Source: Candidatus Omnitrophota bacterium
GTDB taxonomy: Bacteria; Omnitrophota; Omnitrophia; Omnitrophales; Aquincolibacteriaceae
Reading direction: 5' to 3'
DNA: 64,000 bases
Assembly (NCBI GenBank): GCA_035368605.1
Contig: DAOSLF010000006.1
Span: 17,301-81,300 of the forward strand
The notes under the pieces are model-generated. The model did not search any database and was not told the origin of the DNA. It was given only the letters and a program-made list of their open reading frames with translations. Numbering within the stretch: position 1 is the first letter of the stretch; each line of letters starts with the position of its first letter. Positions 49,832-57,477 of the stretch are shown in pieces. The translations under genes were made by a program, and so were the position numbers.

Positions 49832-49908
49832 TGGTCGGGGCGGCGGGATTTGAACCTGCGACCTCTCGGTCCCGAACCGAGCGCACTACCAAACTGTGCT
49901 ACGCCCCG
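49832..49908 (-). tRNA. tRNA-Pro (anticodon CGG) with encoded CCA
   Basis: The minus strand reads CGGGGCGTAGCACAGTTTGGTAGTGCGCTCGGTTCGGGACCGAGAGGTCGCAGGTTCAAATCCCGCCGCCCCGACCA. Confidence 0.85.
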
Positions 49909-49980
49909 TCAAAGCATTTTCCATAAGTCCGCCTTCGGCGGACCGGGATTTCCCGGCGCTCAATGCGCCGGACCGTGCTC

Positions 49981-50004
49981 AAAACGCCCAACAGCGGGCG
50001 TTTT
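49981..50004 (-). terminator. Hairpin with T-tract directly after the degenerate tRNA copy
   Basis: AAAACGCCC-aacagc-GGGCGTTTT. On the minus strand the GC stem is followed by TTTT. Confidence 0.45.
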
Positions 50005-50068
50005 GCAGCGGGAACCTGCGACCTCCCGGTCCCGAACCGGGCGCACTACCAAACTGTGCTACGCCCCG
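50005..50068 (-). pseudogene. Degenerate partial copy of tRNA-Pro(CGG): the 5-prime 58 nt are conserved; the T-loop and 3-prime acceptor strand are missing or replaced
   Basis: CGGGGCGTAGCACAGTTTGGTAGTGCGCCCGGTTCGGGACCGGGAGGTCGCAGGTTCCCGCTGC. It is identical to the intact copy except for one compensatory base-pair change in the anticodon stem (U:A to C:G), then diverges after the T-stem. Confidence 0.5.
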
Positions 50069-50131
50069 CGGATACTTTGCTTCACTGGCATACCCGCTGA
50101 AAACGTCGGAAGCCGACCGTGAAAGGCGGGC

Positions 50132-50160
50132 ATTATATCATCATGCCTTTCTGGATTCAA
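50132..50160 (-). promoter_or_regulatory. Near-consensus sigma70 promoter upstream of the tRNA-Pro(CGG) locus
   Basis: On the minus strand: -35 TTGAAT, 17-nt spacer, -10 TATAAT, between the ftsI stop and the partial tRNA copy. Confidence 0.55.
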
Positions 50161-50197
50161 TGCGGGAGAACGGAGCGCAAAACCCCGCGATGGCCGA

Positions 50198-51940
50198 TCA
50201 ATCAGTCACAGAAAAATCGTTTTTCCCCTTCGGCACGGGCGCGGCCGTCGTTTTGACGGGACGGATCCCCTCGGTAAGGAACGCGGCCTCCATAACCTCC
50301 TTGAAAACGGGAGCCGCGACAACACCGCCGTAATACATCGGCCGCGCTTCGTCGAGGACAACGGCCATCACATACCTCGGATTGTCCCCCGGAGCAAATC
50401 CGATGAAGGAGGACATGAAATCACTGTGGGAATAGCCCTTCCCGTTCGGGAGCACTTTTTGCGCGGTCCCCGTCTTTCCGCCCGCGATAACGCCGGGGAT
50501 TTTCGCATGCGTCCCGGTACCCTCTTCGACGACCTTGATAAGTATCTTCCTCATCGTTTCGGCGGTCTCGGGCTTGATCACAACCTTCCGGATCATGGGC
50601 TTGTTCTCTTTGATCGTCACGCCGGCGGGGTCCGTGACCTTTGAGATGATGTAGGGTTTCACGAGATACCCCCCATTCGCAACGACGGAGAGTGCCGTCG
50701 CCATTTGGAGGGCGGTGACCATTACTTCCTGGCCGATCGGGATGCAGTAAGGAGACGTCTTCGACCATTGTGAAGGCGGGCGCGTGTAGCCGGGCGCCTC
50801 TCCCTTCAGATCAATGCCGCTGTACGCGCCGAAACCGAAACCGCGGATGTACTCCTGGAGTTTGTCGCGTTTCATCTTGAGACCGATCTTGACCGTTCCA
50901 ATATTGCTCGACTTGATAATCACCTGCTCCATCGTCAACGTGCCGTAGCCGTGGACGTCGCGAAGCGTTTTGACGCCATAGTTCCATTTGCCGTTCTCGC
51001 AGAAGAAGGTCGTGGACGGCGTCACGACGCCCTCGTTCAGCGCCCCGCTCGCGGTCACGATCTTGAAGACGGAGCCCGGCTCGTACATGTCCGTGACAGC
51101 CCGATTCCGCCTCGAGTCGGGCGCCGAAAGGTCGTAGTGGTTCGGATCGAAGGTCGGCCGGTTCGCGAGCGCGAGAATCTCCCCCGTCTTCGGATCCATC
51201 ACGACGACCCAGGCGCCTTTTGGCTTCCATTTCTTGACGGCGGCATCAAGGGCCTTTTCAGTCAGGTACTGGATGCGTTGATCGATCGTCAGTGAAACGG
51301 TGTCGCCGTTGATGACCGGCAGCATCTTGATCTCGAAAGCCTTGATCTCACGACCTTTCGCGTCGCGCTTCGTGACACACTTGCCGGCCTTCCCTCTCAG
51401 GTAGGAATCCATGCTGAGCTCGATACCCTCGAGCCCCTGATTATCGACGTTCGAGAAACCGATGACGTTCGCGAGGAGCGAACCCTGCGGGTAGAATCGC
51501 TTGTACTCTTCGATGAAGCCGAGCGCGGGGTTATCGAGTTTTTTGACCGCCTCCGCCTCTTCGAAGGTCACGCGCCGTTTCAACCAGACAAAAGCCTTGT
51601 CGCGTTCGAGACGCCTCGCGACGAACTTCTTGTCAAGCTTGAGGATTTGCGCGAGTTCTTTCGTCAGCCTTTCGCGTCCGGCCGCGTCAAGAAGTCTCGG
51701 CACGGCGTAGATCGAAGGAATCTTGAGGTTCGAGACGAACTCCTTGCCGATCCGGTCCGTGATCGGACCGCGCATCGGAGGAATGTCGATCGTGACATAG
51801 TGCTGCCGGTGGGCCAGCTCAACGAGCGACAGCTTGTGGAAATACGTGAGCTGAACGACTTGATAGACGATGAGCCCGAAGAGGATGAAAAGAACGATGT
51901 AAAGGAACCAGAAACGACGTCCCGAAAGCTTCGCCCGCAT
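50198..51940 (-). CDS. ftsI: Peptidoglycan D,D-transpeptidase FtsI (PBP3)
   Basis: 580 aa with an N-terminal TM segment, a PBP dimer domain and a transpeptidase domain, directly after ftsL/rsmH/mraZ. Confidence 0.85.
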   Translation of the reverse strand: MRAKLSGRRFWFLYIVLFILFGLIVYQVVQLTYFHKLSLVELAHRQHYVTIDIPPMRGPITDRIGKEFVSNLKIPSIYAVPRLLDAAGRERLTKELAQILKLDKKFVARRLERDKAFVWLKRRVTFEEAEAVKKLDNPALGFIEEYKRFYPQGSLLANVIGFSNVDNQGLEGIELSMDSYLRGKAGKCVTKRDAKGREIKAFEIKMLPVINGDTVSLTIDQRIQYLTEKALDAAVKKWKPKGAWVVVMDPKTGEILALANRPTFDPNHYDLSAPDSRRNRAVTDMYEPGSVFKIVTASGALNEGVVTPSTTFFCENGKWNYGVKTLRDVHGYGTLTMEQVIIKSSNIGTVKIGLKMKRDKLQEYIRGFGFGAYSGIDLKGEAPGYTRPPSQWSKTSPYCIPIGQEVMVTALQMATALSVVANGGYLVKPYIISKVTDPAGVTIKENKPMIRKVVIKPETAETMRKILIKVVEEGTGTHAKIPGVIAGGKTGTAQKVLPNGKGYSHSDFMSSFIGFAPGDNPRYVMAVVLDEARPMYYGGVVAAPVFKEVMEAAFLTEGIRPVKTTAAPVPKGKNDFSVTD

Positions 51941-51943
51941 GCT

Positions 51944-52339
51944 TCAGGATGAGAGTTCGGTCTTCGCCTGCGCGGTCTGGATCAAATGACCGAAGAACTT
52001 CGAGATCGACGAGGCAGGCGCGGGATCCGCCTTTTCGGGAACCGCCGTCTGGGACAGGAAGAACTCCGGGACCGCGGGCACCTCGACCACCTCGACTTTT
52101 TTCGGAAGGCCAAGCGCGAGATCGTGGTTCTTCATTTTCTCCTCGAGGAGGCGGGGGGCCTTGAGTTCCTCGACATTAAACTGGAGACGGCGCAGAAGCT
52201 CTTGCTTCATCGAAAAATCGCGGGATGTTTTGTGCAGTTCGACCGACACGATCACGGACGCGATCTGCAGATGCACGTAAACAAGCATCAAGCAGGTCAA
52301 ACCCGCGATCACACTCAGAATTTTTCCGCTGCCCTTCAT
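51944..52339 (-). CDS. ftsL: Cell division protein FtsL-like (TM plus coiled coil)
   Basis: 131 aa with TM segment ILSVIAGLTCLMLVYVHL, positioned between rsmH and ftsI. Confidence 0.6.
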   Translation of the reverse strand: MKGSGKILSVIAGLTCLMLVYVHLQIASVIVSVELHKTSRDFSMKQELLRRLQFNVEELKAPRLLEEKMKNHDLALGLPKKVEVVEVPAVPEFFLSQTAVPEKADPAPASSISKFFGHLIQTAQAKTELSS

Positions 52340-53244
52340 GGTTTGACCTCAATCACTCTTAGTTTCGCGCTGCGCGCACGTGGATTATCAATGATTTCCG
52401 AACGATTTGCAACAACGGGCTTGCGCGTCACAATTTCTGCGATGTTTTTGGCGGCAAGTTCCCGGAATTTTTCCTTCACGATCCGGTCCTCGAGCGAATG
52501 GAAGCTGATCACCCCGAGCCTTCCGCGAGGCGCGAGGCGTTTTACGGCGCCGTCCATGCCGTCCCGCAGGGCTCCGAACTCATCATTGACGAGGATGCGC
52601 AACGCCTGGAAGACCCTCGTCGCGGGATTCCGCCGGTTCCGCTGAGGCCGTTTGGCCTTTGCGAAACGGTCGCGACCCGGGAGCGAACTTTCAATGACTT
52701 CGCAAAGGCGGGAGGTCGTGTCGACAGGGTTCCGGTAGCGTTCCCGGACGATCGCGGCGGCAAAGCGGCGGGAATTGCGTTCCTCACCGTACTCGTAAAT
52801 GATCCTCGCCAGCTCCTTTTCGGGGAGCGTCATCACGTAGTGCGACGCCTTATTCCCCGCATCCGGATCCATTCGCATGTCCAGGTCCCCTTCCTTTTGG
52901 AAACTGAAACCGCGCTTTCCGTCCTCCAGCTGGTCCGACGACATTCCGATATCCATCAGGATCGCGTCCACCGCCGGCACTTTTAATTCTTCCAGCACTT
53001 CGTCGATCTTCCTGAAATTGCTCCGGATCAGCGTCACTCTCGCGTCCGCGCCGAACCGCTTTGTGCAGCGTTCGATCGCGTCCGGATCCTGGTCCAGCCC
53101 GATCAGCCGGCCCGCCGGTCCGATTCGCTCAAGGATCGCCGTCGCGTGGCCGCCGCTGCCGAGCGTCGCGTCGACCGCCACAACACCGGGCCTGAGCCCC
53201 AACAATCCGATCGTTTCCCGTAAAAGAACCGGTTTATGATGCAA
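52336..53244 (-). CDS. rsmH: 16S rRNA (cytosine1402-N4)-methyltransferase RsmH (MraW)
   Basis: 302 aa; DATLGSGGH... the MraW family. Confidence 0.9.
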   Translation of the reverse strand: MHHKPVLLRETIGLLGLRPGVVAVDATLGSGGHATAILERIGPAGRLIGLDQDPDAIERCTKRFGADARVTLIRSNFRKIDEVLEELKVPAVDAILMDIGMSSDQLEDGKRGFSFQKEGDLDMRMDPDAGNKASHYVMTLPEKELARIIYEYGEERNSRRFAAAIVRERYRNPVDTTSRLCEVIESSLPGRDRFAKAKRPQRNRRNPATRVFQALRILVNDEFGALRDGMDGAVKRLAPRGRLGVISFHSLEDRIVKEKFRELAAKNIAEIVTRKPVVANRSEIIDNPRARSAKLRVIEVKP

Positions 53245-53572
53245 AACTGCGAATGGCCTCTTCCTGGGTGGAGTAGGATTCCATCAGTCCGTTGACGCCG
53301 ATCAGGCGAAACGTCTTTTCCACTTCGGGTCGCAGGTTACAAAGTTTGATATCGCCCTTCTGTTCGCGGACCTTGCGCAGGCGATCCACCAGGAGGCCAA
53401 CGCCGGCGAGTTCCACGCGACGCGTTTCCGCGAGGTCAAGCAGAAGTCGCTTCTGGTTCCGGTTGAGAAGACGGTTCATGCGCCCTTTCATCTTGATCAT
53501 GCTCAGCACGCTGAGATCGCCTTCAAAACGGATCACTTCGACTCCCAGTCCCGCTTTTGTCTGATACACCAT
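53234..53572 (-). CDS. STAS-domain protein (anti-sigma-factor antagonist, SpoIIAA-like) inserted between mraZ and rsmH
   Basis: 112 aa with the STAS pattern (EVIRFEGDLSV...RLLLDLAETRRVELAGVGLLVDRLRKVREQKGDIKLCNL). Confidence 0.75.
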   Translation of the reverse strand: MVYQTKAGLGVEVIRFEGDLSVLSMIKMKGRMNRLLNRNQKRLLLDLAETRRVELAGVGLLVDRLRKVREQKGDIKLCNLRPEVEKTFRLIGVNGLMESYSTQEEAIRSFAS

Positions 53573-53585
53573 GGTCCCCCCCTTC

Positions 53586-54023
53586 CTACTCGGAGGCCAG
53601 CTTTTCAGCCAGCTCTTCGTAACGGTTCTTATTCAGTTCGCAGTATTCCGTCCACTTTTCTTTCGCCCATATCTCGATTCGGTTGGAAACTCCTATGATG
53701 ATCGTCTCGGACTGGAGAACCGCATAGCTTTTGAGGTAGTCCGGGATGAGGATTCTCCCCTGCTTGTCGCACACCACTTCGCATGCGCTCGAGAAAAGGA
53801 GACGGTTGAACGTTCTTGCTTCTGTTTTGGTATAAGGCATATCGCGGAACTTTTTTTCTTCCGCCTTCCACTGCTCTTCCGTGAACACGAACAGGCACTG
53901 ATCGAGACCGCGCGTCACGAAGAACTTCTCGACGTAGCGCTCCCTGAAGATCTCCCGGAATCTCGCGGGGATCATCACCCGGCCTTTGTTATCGATCACA
54001 TGTTTGTGTTCGCCGTAAAACAT
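53586..54023 (-). CDS. mraZ: Transcriptional regulator MraZ
   Basis: 145 aa with duplicated MraZ/UPF0040 halves (IDNKGRVMIPARFR...DKQGRILIPDYL). Confidence 0.9.
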   Translation of the reverse strand: MFYGEHKHVIDNKGRVMIPARFREIFRERYVEKFFVTRGLDQCLFVFTEEQWKAEEKKFRDMPYTKTEARTFNRLLFSSACEVVCDKQGRILIPDYLKSYAVLQSETIIIGVSNRIEIWAKEKWTEYCELNKNRYEELAEKLASE

Positions 54024-54044
54024 CGTTCAGGTCGCCTTTTTATT

Positions 54045-54075
54045 CACCACTTTACCCCACTTTCACCCACTTTAT
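54045..54075 (-). promoter_or_regulatory. Putative MraZ operator: three direct AAAGTGGG-type repeats at 10-nt periodicity
   Basis: The minus strand reads TAAAGTGGGTGAAAGTGGGGTAAAGTGGTG, just downstream of the predicted Pmra -10 and 20-50 nt upstream of the mraZ start. MraZ is known to bind series of GTGGG direct repeats. Confidence 0.5.
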
Positions 54076-54085
54076 TATCGGCGCA

Positions 54086-54114
54086 AGTATAGCCATGCCT
54101 TAATTGAGTGTCAA
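54086..54114 (-). promoter_or_regulatory. Sigma70-like promoter of the mraZ/dcw operon (Pmra)
   Basis: On the minus strand: -35 TTGACA, 17-nt spacer, -10 TATACT. Confidence 0.5.
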
Positions 54115-54168
54115 TACTATTTTTTACAGGGAGAGCGTCTCTGAGGGCAAATCGGCGTTCGTAGATAC

Positions 54169-54205
54169 AAAAAAGGCCCGGAAAGCGCTTTTTTGCCTTC
54201 CGGGC
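54169..54205 (-). terminator. Intrinsic terminator after the zinc-ribbon gene
   Basis: On the minus strand: GCCCGGAA-14-nt loop-TTCCGGGC followed by CTTTTTTGT. Confidence 0.55.
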
Positions 54206-54266
54206 ACAAAACACCCTTTCAGGTAAAAATCACGGGACGGGGTTACGGGGTCTCAGAAGCCGGGGA

Positions 54267-54983
54267 TCAGGATTCGTAGAAAAGAATGCGCGAACAATTT
54301 TCACACGTGATGATCTGCTCCCCGATCTGAAGTTCGTTGATGACCTGGGGGCGCAACTGCATCTGACACGCGCTGCAGAACTCGCCACTGACAGGCGCTA
54401 GCGCAAGACCCTCTTTTTTCTGGACAATCCGGTTGTAGAGGTCGCCGACTTCGGGAGGGAGCTGTCCAATAATCTCCTGCCGCTGTTTTGTGATCTCCTG
54501 CAATCGCGACTGGAGATTTTTTTCCTGATTGACGAGTTCCTGATCCTTCGCCTGATGTTCGCGCGTGATCCCGGCGAAACGGTCCTTTTCTTTCAGGACC
54601 TCGTCCTTCACGGCCTCGACCTCATCCATCTTCCGGATGATCTCTTCCTCGAGCAGCGAATTATCTGCCTTGAGCGAAGCGATCTCCTGGAGAAGGGCAT
54701 TGTATTCCTTGTTTGTTTTGATCTGGGAGAGCTGACCATCGAGCTTCTTGATCTGGGCCTCTTTCTGCGCAAGCTCGATCTCTTTTTCCTTGAGCTTGAG
54801 CTGCATGTCCTTTTGGGTCTGTTCGATAATCGTGAGATGAACTCTTTTACTTTCAAGCTCACGCGCGAGCGCGGCACGGCTTTCGGGAATCTCGGCTAGA
54901 AGAAGCCGTGTCTGGTGAATCTCGCTGTCGAAAGACTGGGCTCGCTTGAGGCTCTCGATATTCTGCAATACGGGGTTGGCCAT
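54267..54983 (-). CDS. Coiled-coil protein with a C-terminal C4 zinc ribbon (zinc-ribbon domain / DUF164-like)
   Basis: 238 aa with long heptad repeats and CSACQMQL...CENCSRIL at the C-terminus. Confidence 0.75.
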   Translation of the reverse strand: MANPVLQNIESLKRAQSFDSEIHQTRLLLAEIPESRAALARELESKRVHLTIIEQTQKDMQLKLKEKEIELAQKEAQIKKLDGQLSQIKTNKEYNALLQEIASLKADNSLLEEEIIRKMDEVEAVKDEVLKEKDRFAGITREHQAKDQELVNQEKNLQSRLQEITKQRQEIIGQLPPEVGDLYNRIVQKKEGLALAPVSGEFCSACQMQLRPQVINELQIGEQIITCENCSRILFYES

Positions 54984-54992
54984 AGATCGTGG

Positions 54993-55021
54993 ATTATAAA
55001 AGACTCAGGGCACGGCATCAA
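54993..55021 (-). promoter_or_regulatory. Sigma70 promoter positioned for a leaderless or near-leaderless zinc-ribbon mRNA
   Basis: On the minus strand: -35 TTGATG, 17-nt spacer, -10 TATAAT ending 9 nt before the ATG. Confidence 0.4.
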
Positions 55022-55052
55022 GGAAGAAATGGGAGCTGGTAACGCGCCAAGG

Positions 55053-55589
55053 TCAGGAATTCTTCAGGCCGAAGCCGATATCGTTCAGCCCGGCGATCTC
55101 GTCCGGCGTGAGGCGGCAATAACGGAAAAAGCCGTTTGAAAGCCCCTTGGCCGCCATGGGCGAACGCGCCTCCACCGGGGGGGCGGACGGAAGCTCAGTG
55201 GCCGGAATCCATTTGGAGACTTTGACCGCTTCTTTCCCTTCCCCCGCTCCCGCGACCTTCTCATATTCAAAAAAAGCAAGGTGCTCATGACAGGAGCGGA
55301 GCCGGAAGATCCGGTCCTGATCCAGGCGGGGGTAGAAAAAGTAAACCATGCCGTCGTCGGGCATCAACATCTTCAGCTTGTCGATCTCATTCGCGAGCTC
55401 CGCGGTCTGAAAATCGGACATGGGCTGATAAAAAATCCTCACCCAGATCCTTTCGTCAGCGCTCTTGAAAAGAAGCGGAAAACTTGAAGCATCGGAGACG
55501 AATCCACTCTGGGGATGAAGTTCCCGGATCGTCGCACGGACCGCTTCGAACACGCGGTCCCGGTTCACCCGTTCGCCGGCCAGGATCAC
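55053..55589 (-). CDS. Hypothetical protein, third gene of the ParA-CBM48 operon (about 178 aa from a GTG start overlapping the upstream stop)
   Basis: A long ORF with strong GC3 bias (17 of 20 codons sampled). The GTG overlaps the TGA of the preceding gene (GTGA). There are no recognisable motifs. Confidence 0.45.
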   Translation of the reverse strand: MILAGERVNRDRVFEAVRATIRELHPQSGFVSDASSFPLLFKSADERIWVRIFYQPMSDFQTAELANEIDKLKMLMPDDGMVYFFYPRLDQDRIFRLRSCHEHLAFFEYEKVAGAGEGKEAVKVSKWIPATELPSAPPVEARSPMAAKGLSNGFFRYCRLTPDEIAGLNDIGFGLKNS

Positions 55590-56377
55590 GGGGCCACCTC
55601 CCCCGCGCCACGCTCCGCAGACTCCACCCAATCGACCAGGGTCAGACGCTCGGGAGAAGTCCACGCCCGCGCCGGACGGAAATGAAGCTGTTCGACGTTC
55701 AGTTTCGGTTCGAAGAAATGATCCCGGTCGCTCAGATCCAGCCAGCCGAGCCAACCCGGATGGATCTGCAGATGCTTGGATGCAAGCGCGGCGAACCGTT
55801 CAAAAAGGGTGCTGCCGACCGGCGGGTCAGCTTTTGCCTGGAGCAGGATAAAACACTCAAGATGCGGGTTGAGCGCGAGGCCGGCCTTGAGCATCTTGTA
55901 ACCTTCCGTGAGGGATTCCGACGTGGGCTTAAGCATCAGCACCCATTTATCAAGAAGGTGCATGATCTTCGGGTAATAAAGAAGATGGCGGTATTCAAAA
56001 TCGAGGAAGATGTTCCGGTTCCCCAACGGCCGGGAGGGACCGCAAGGGCCAGCCTCCAGGATATCCCGCAACTCATCCCAGAAAAGCGTATGTCTCCGAA
56101 TGTTCCTGCCGAAGGACTCCGTTCTCCGGCCGGCGGAGTTCCAGGCGCAGACATTCGACGCTCGGGACAAGAGCGATACGAGCGAGCCAGGCTCGACCTC
56201 AGAACCCATGCGGGAGGCAAGATACGTGTTCAGGAAAAGAGAATCTTCGTCGCCATCGGGACTCGAAACGCTCATCACCTGGATATCAGGGGTTTCCCGT
56301 ACGGAAATACGGCCCGAATCTTCAAAGATCGGCGAAACATCTTTCAGCCCCCTGACCAGCTTCTTCGAAGTTTCCAT
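55586..56377 (-). CDS. ParA/MinD-fold protein with a degenerate Walker A (pseudo-ATPase), second gene of the operon
   Basis: The start is placed at METSKK; its ATG overlaps the upstream TGA by 1 nt (TGATG). It aligns to the ParA fold (VMSVSSPDGDEDSLF in place of IAIANQKGGVGKTT; NIFLDFEY...; ECFILLQAKAD resembling DxxxxD). Confidence 0.55.
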   Translation of the reverse strand: METSKKLVRGLKDVSPIFEDSGRISVRETPDIQVMSVSSPDGDEDSLFLNTYLASRMGSEVEPGSLVSLLSRASNVCAWNSAGRRTESFGRNIRRHTLFWDELRDILEAGPCGPSRPLGNRNIFLDFEYRHLLYYPKIMHLLDKWVLMLKPTSESLTEGYKMLKAGLALNPHLECFILLQAKADPPVGSTLFERFAALASKHLQIHPGWLGWLDLSDRDHFFEPKLNVEQLHFRPARAWTSPERLTLVDWVESAERGAGEVAP

Positions 56378-57477
56378 CAAGCGAGCTCCACGTAGGAATC
56401 GACACCGCCGTAGGCGTTCTCTTTCCGGAGTGGCTGGCTCGGGTCGACCTGCCATTCACCGTCCACGATGAACTTGTAGCGAAAAGACTTCAGGTCCACG
56501 TGAATGACCTTCTGCCAGAGACCGTCGTCGCTACGACGCACGAGAGCCTCGGGAACCCAATGATTGAAATCCCCCGCGATCTCGACCGAGGACGCGGTTT
56601 TGTTGCTGAACTGGAAAAGAATGCCATCCGCCATGGGTTTCGGACCGTAATGTTGTTTATAAACACTCTCCCACCCCAACTCCCGGGCCGGGAGTTTGCG
56701 ATCCCATTCCCGCTCGAGATACTCGACGGCAAGATTCAGATAATCCTGGAAGGCCGGCGAACCGGGCGCATACTGCGCGATACTCTGGCCCGCGGCCGCG
56801 GTCTCCTTCAGCATGACGTCCTCGTGGATGATCGTCCTGAAAAGCTGGTCCTTGAAATGCGCCCGCACCTCATCGTGAATCTCCTGGGAAAAGCTGAGCT
56901 GGGAGTTGAAGTTCGTAAGAAGCGCGTGGACGCCAAGCGGCGTCTGCCGCGAACGATTAACGACCTGAATGGTCTCGGAGATCTTCCCCAATCCATGCAA
57001 GGCAAAAAAAGACGGCTCGACAGGAATAATGACCTCGTCGGCCGCGTTCAGGGCATTCCACGTCAGGATTCCGAGGTTCGGCGGACAATCAAGAACGATA
57101 AAATCATATTTTCGGCGGTCGGCCTCGAGACGCAGGAAAAGGTCTTTCAGGAGCAGGTGGTGGTTCGGCATAAAATTGCATTCTTCTTCGAGGGCATTCA
57201 GGGAGGCATTGCACGGCATCAGGTCGAAATCGGGATAGAGAGAGCGTATGACCTGGCCGAATGAGGACGGGATGGCCTGGACCGGACTCAACAGTTCGTA
57301 AACCGTCGGAGCCCCTTTCAGTATCTTGATCCCAAGGCCGCAGGTGGAATGACCTTGCGGATCAAGGTCCACCAGCAACACTCTCTTCTGCAAGAAATGC
57401 AGGCATGCGGAGAGATTGATGCTTGTAGTCGTCTTGCCACATCCCCCTTTTTGATTCGCGATCGCGATAACTCTCAA
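56377..57477 (-). CDS. ParA/Soj-like deviant Walker-A ATPase fused to a C-terminal CBM48 / AMPK-beta glycogen-binding domain
   Basis: TTG start with a GGAGA RBS. MRVIAIANQKGGCGKTTTSINL...VLLVDLDPQ...IVLDCPP is the ParA core. The C-terminal 100 aa read ILFQFSNKTASSVEIAGDFNHWVPEALVRRSDDGLWQKVIHVDLKSFRYKFIVDGEWQVDPSQP, matching the AMPK1_CBM/CBM48 consensus (FNNW, YKFxVDGxW, DPS). Confidence 0.8.
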   Translation of the reverse strand: MRVIAIANQKGGCGKTTTSINLSACLHFLQKRVLLVDLDPQGHSTCGLGIKILKGAPTVYELLSPVQAIPSSFGQVIRSLYPDFDLMPCNASLNALEEECNFMPNHHLLLKDLFLRLEADRRKYDFIVLDCPPNLGILTWNALNAADEVIIPVEPSFFALHGLGKISETIQVVNRSRQTPLGVHALLTNFNSQLSFSQEIHDEVRAHFKDQLFRTIIHEDVMLKETAAAGQSIAQYAPGSPAFQDYLNLAVEYLEREWDRKLPARELGWESVYKQHYGPKPMADGILFQFSNKTASSVEIAGDFNHWVPEALVRRSDDGLWQKVIHVDLKSFRYKFIVDGEWQVDPSQPLRKENAYGGVDSYVELA

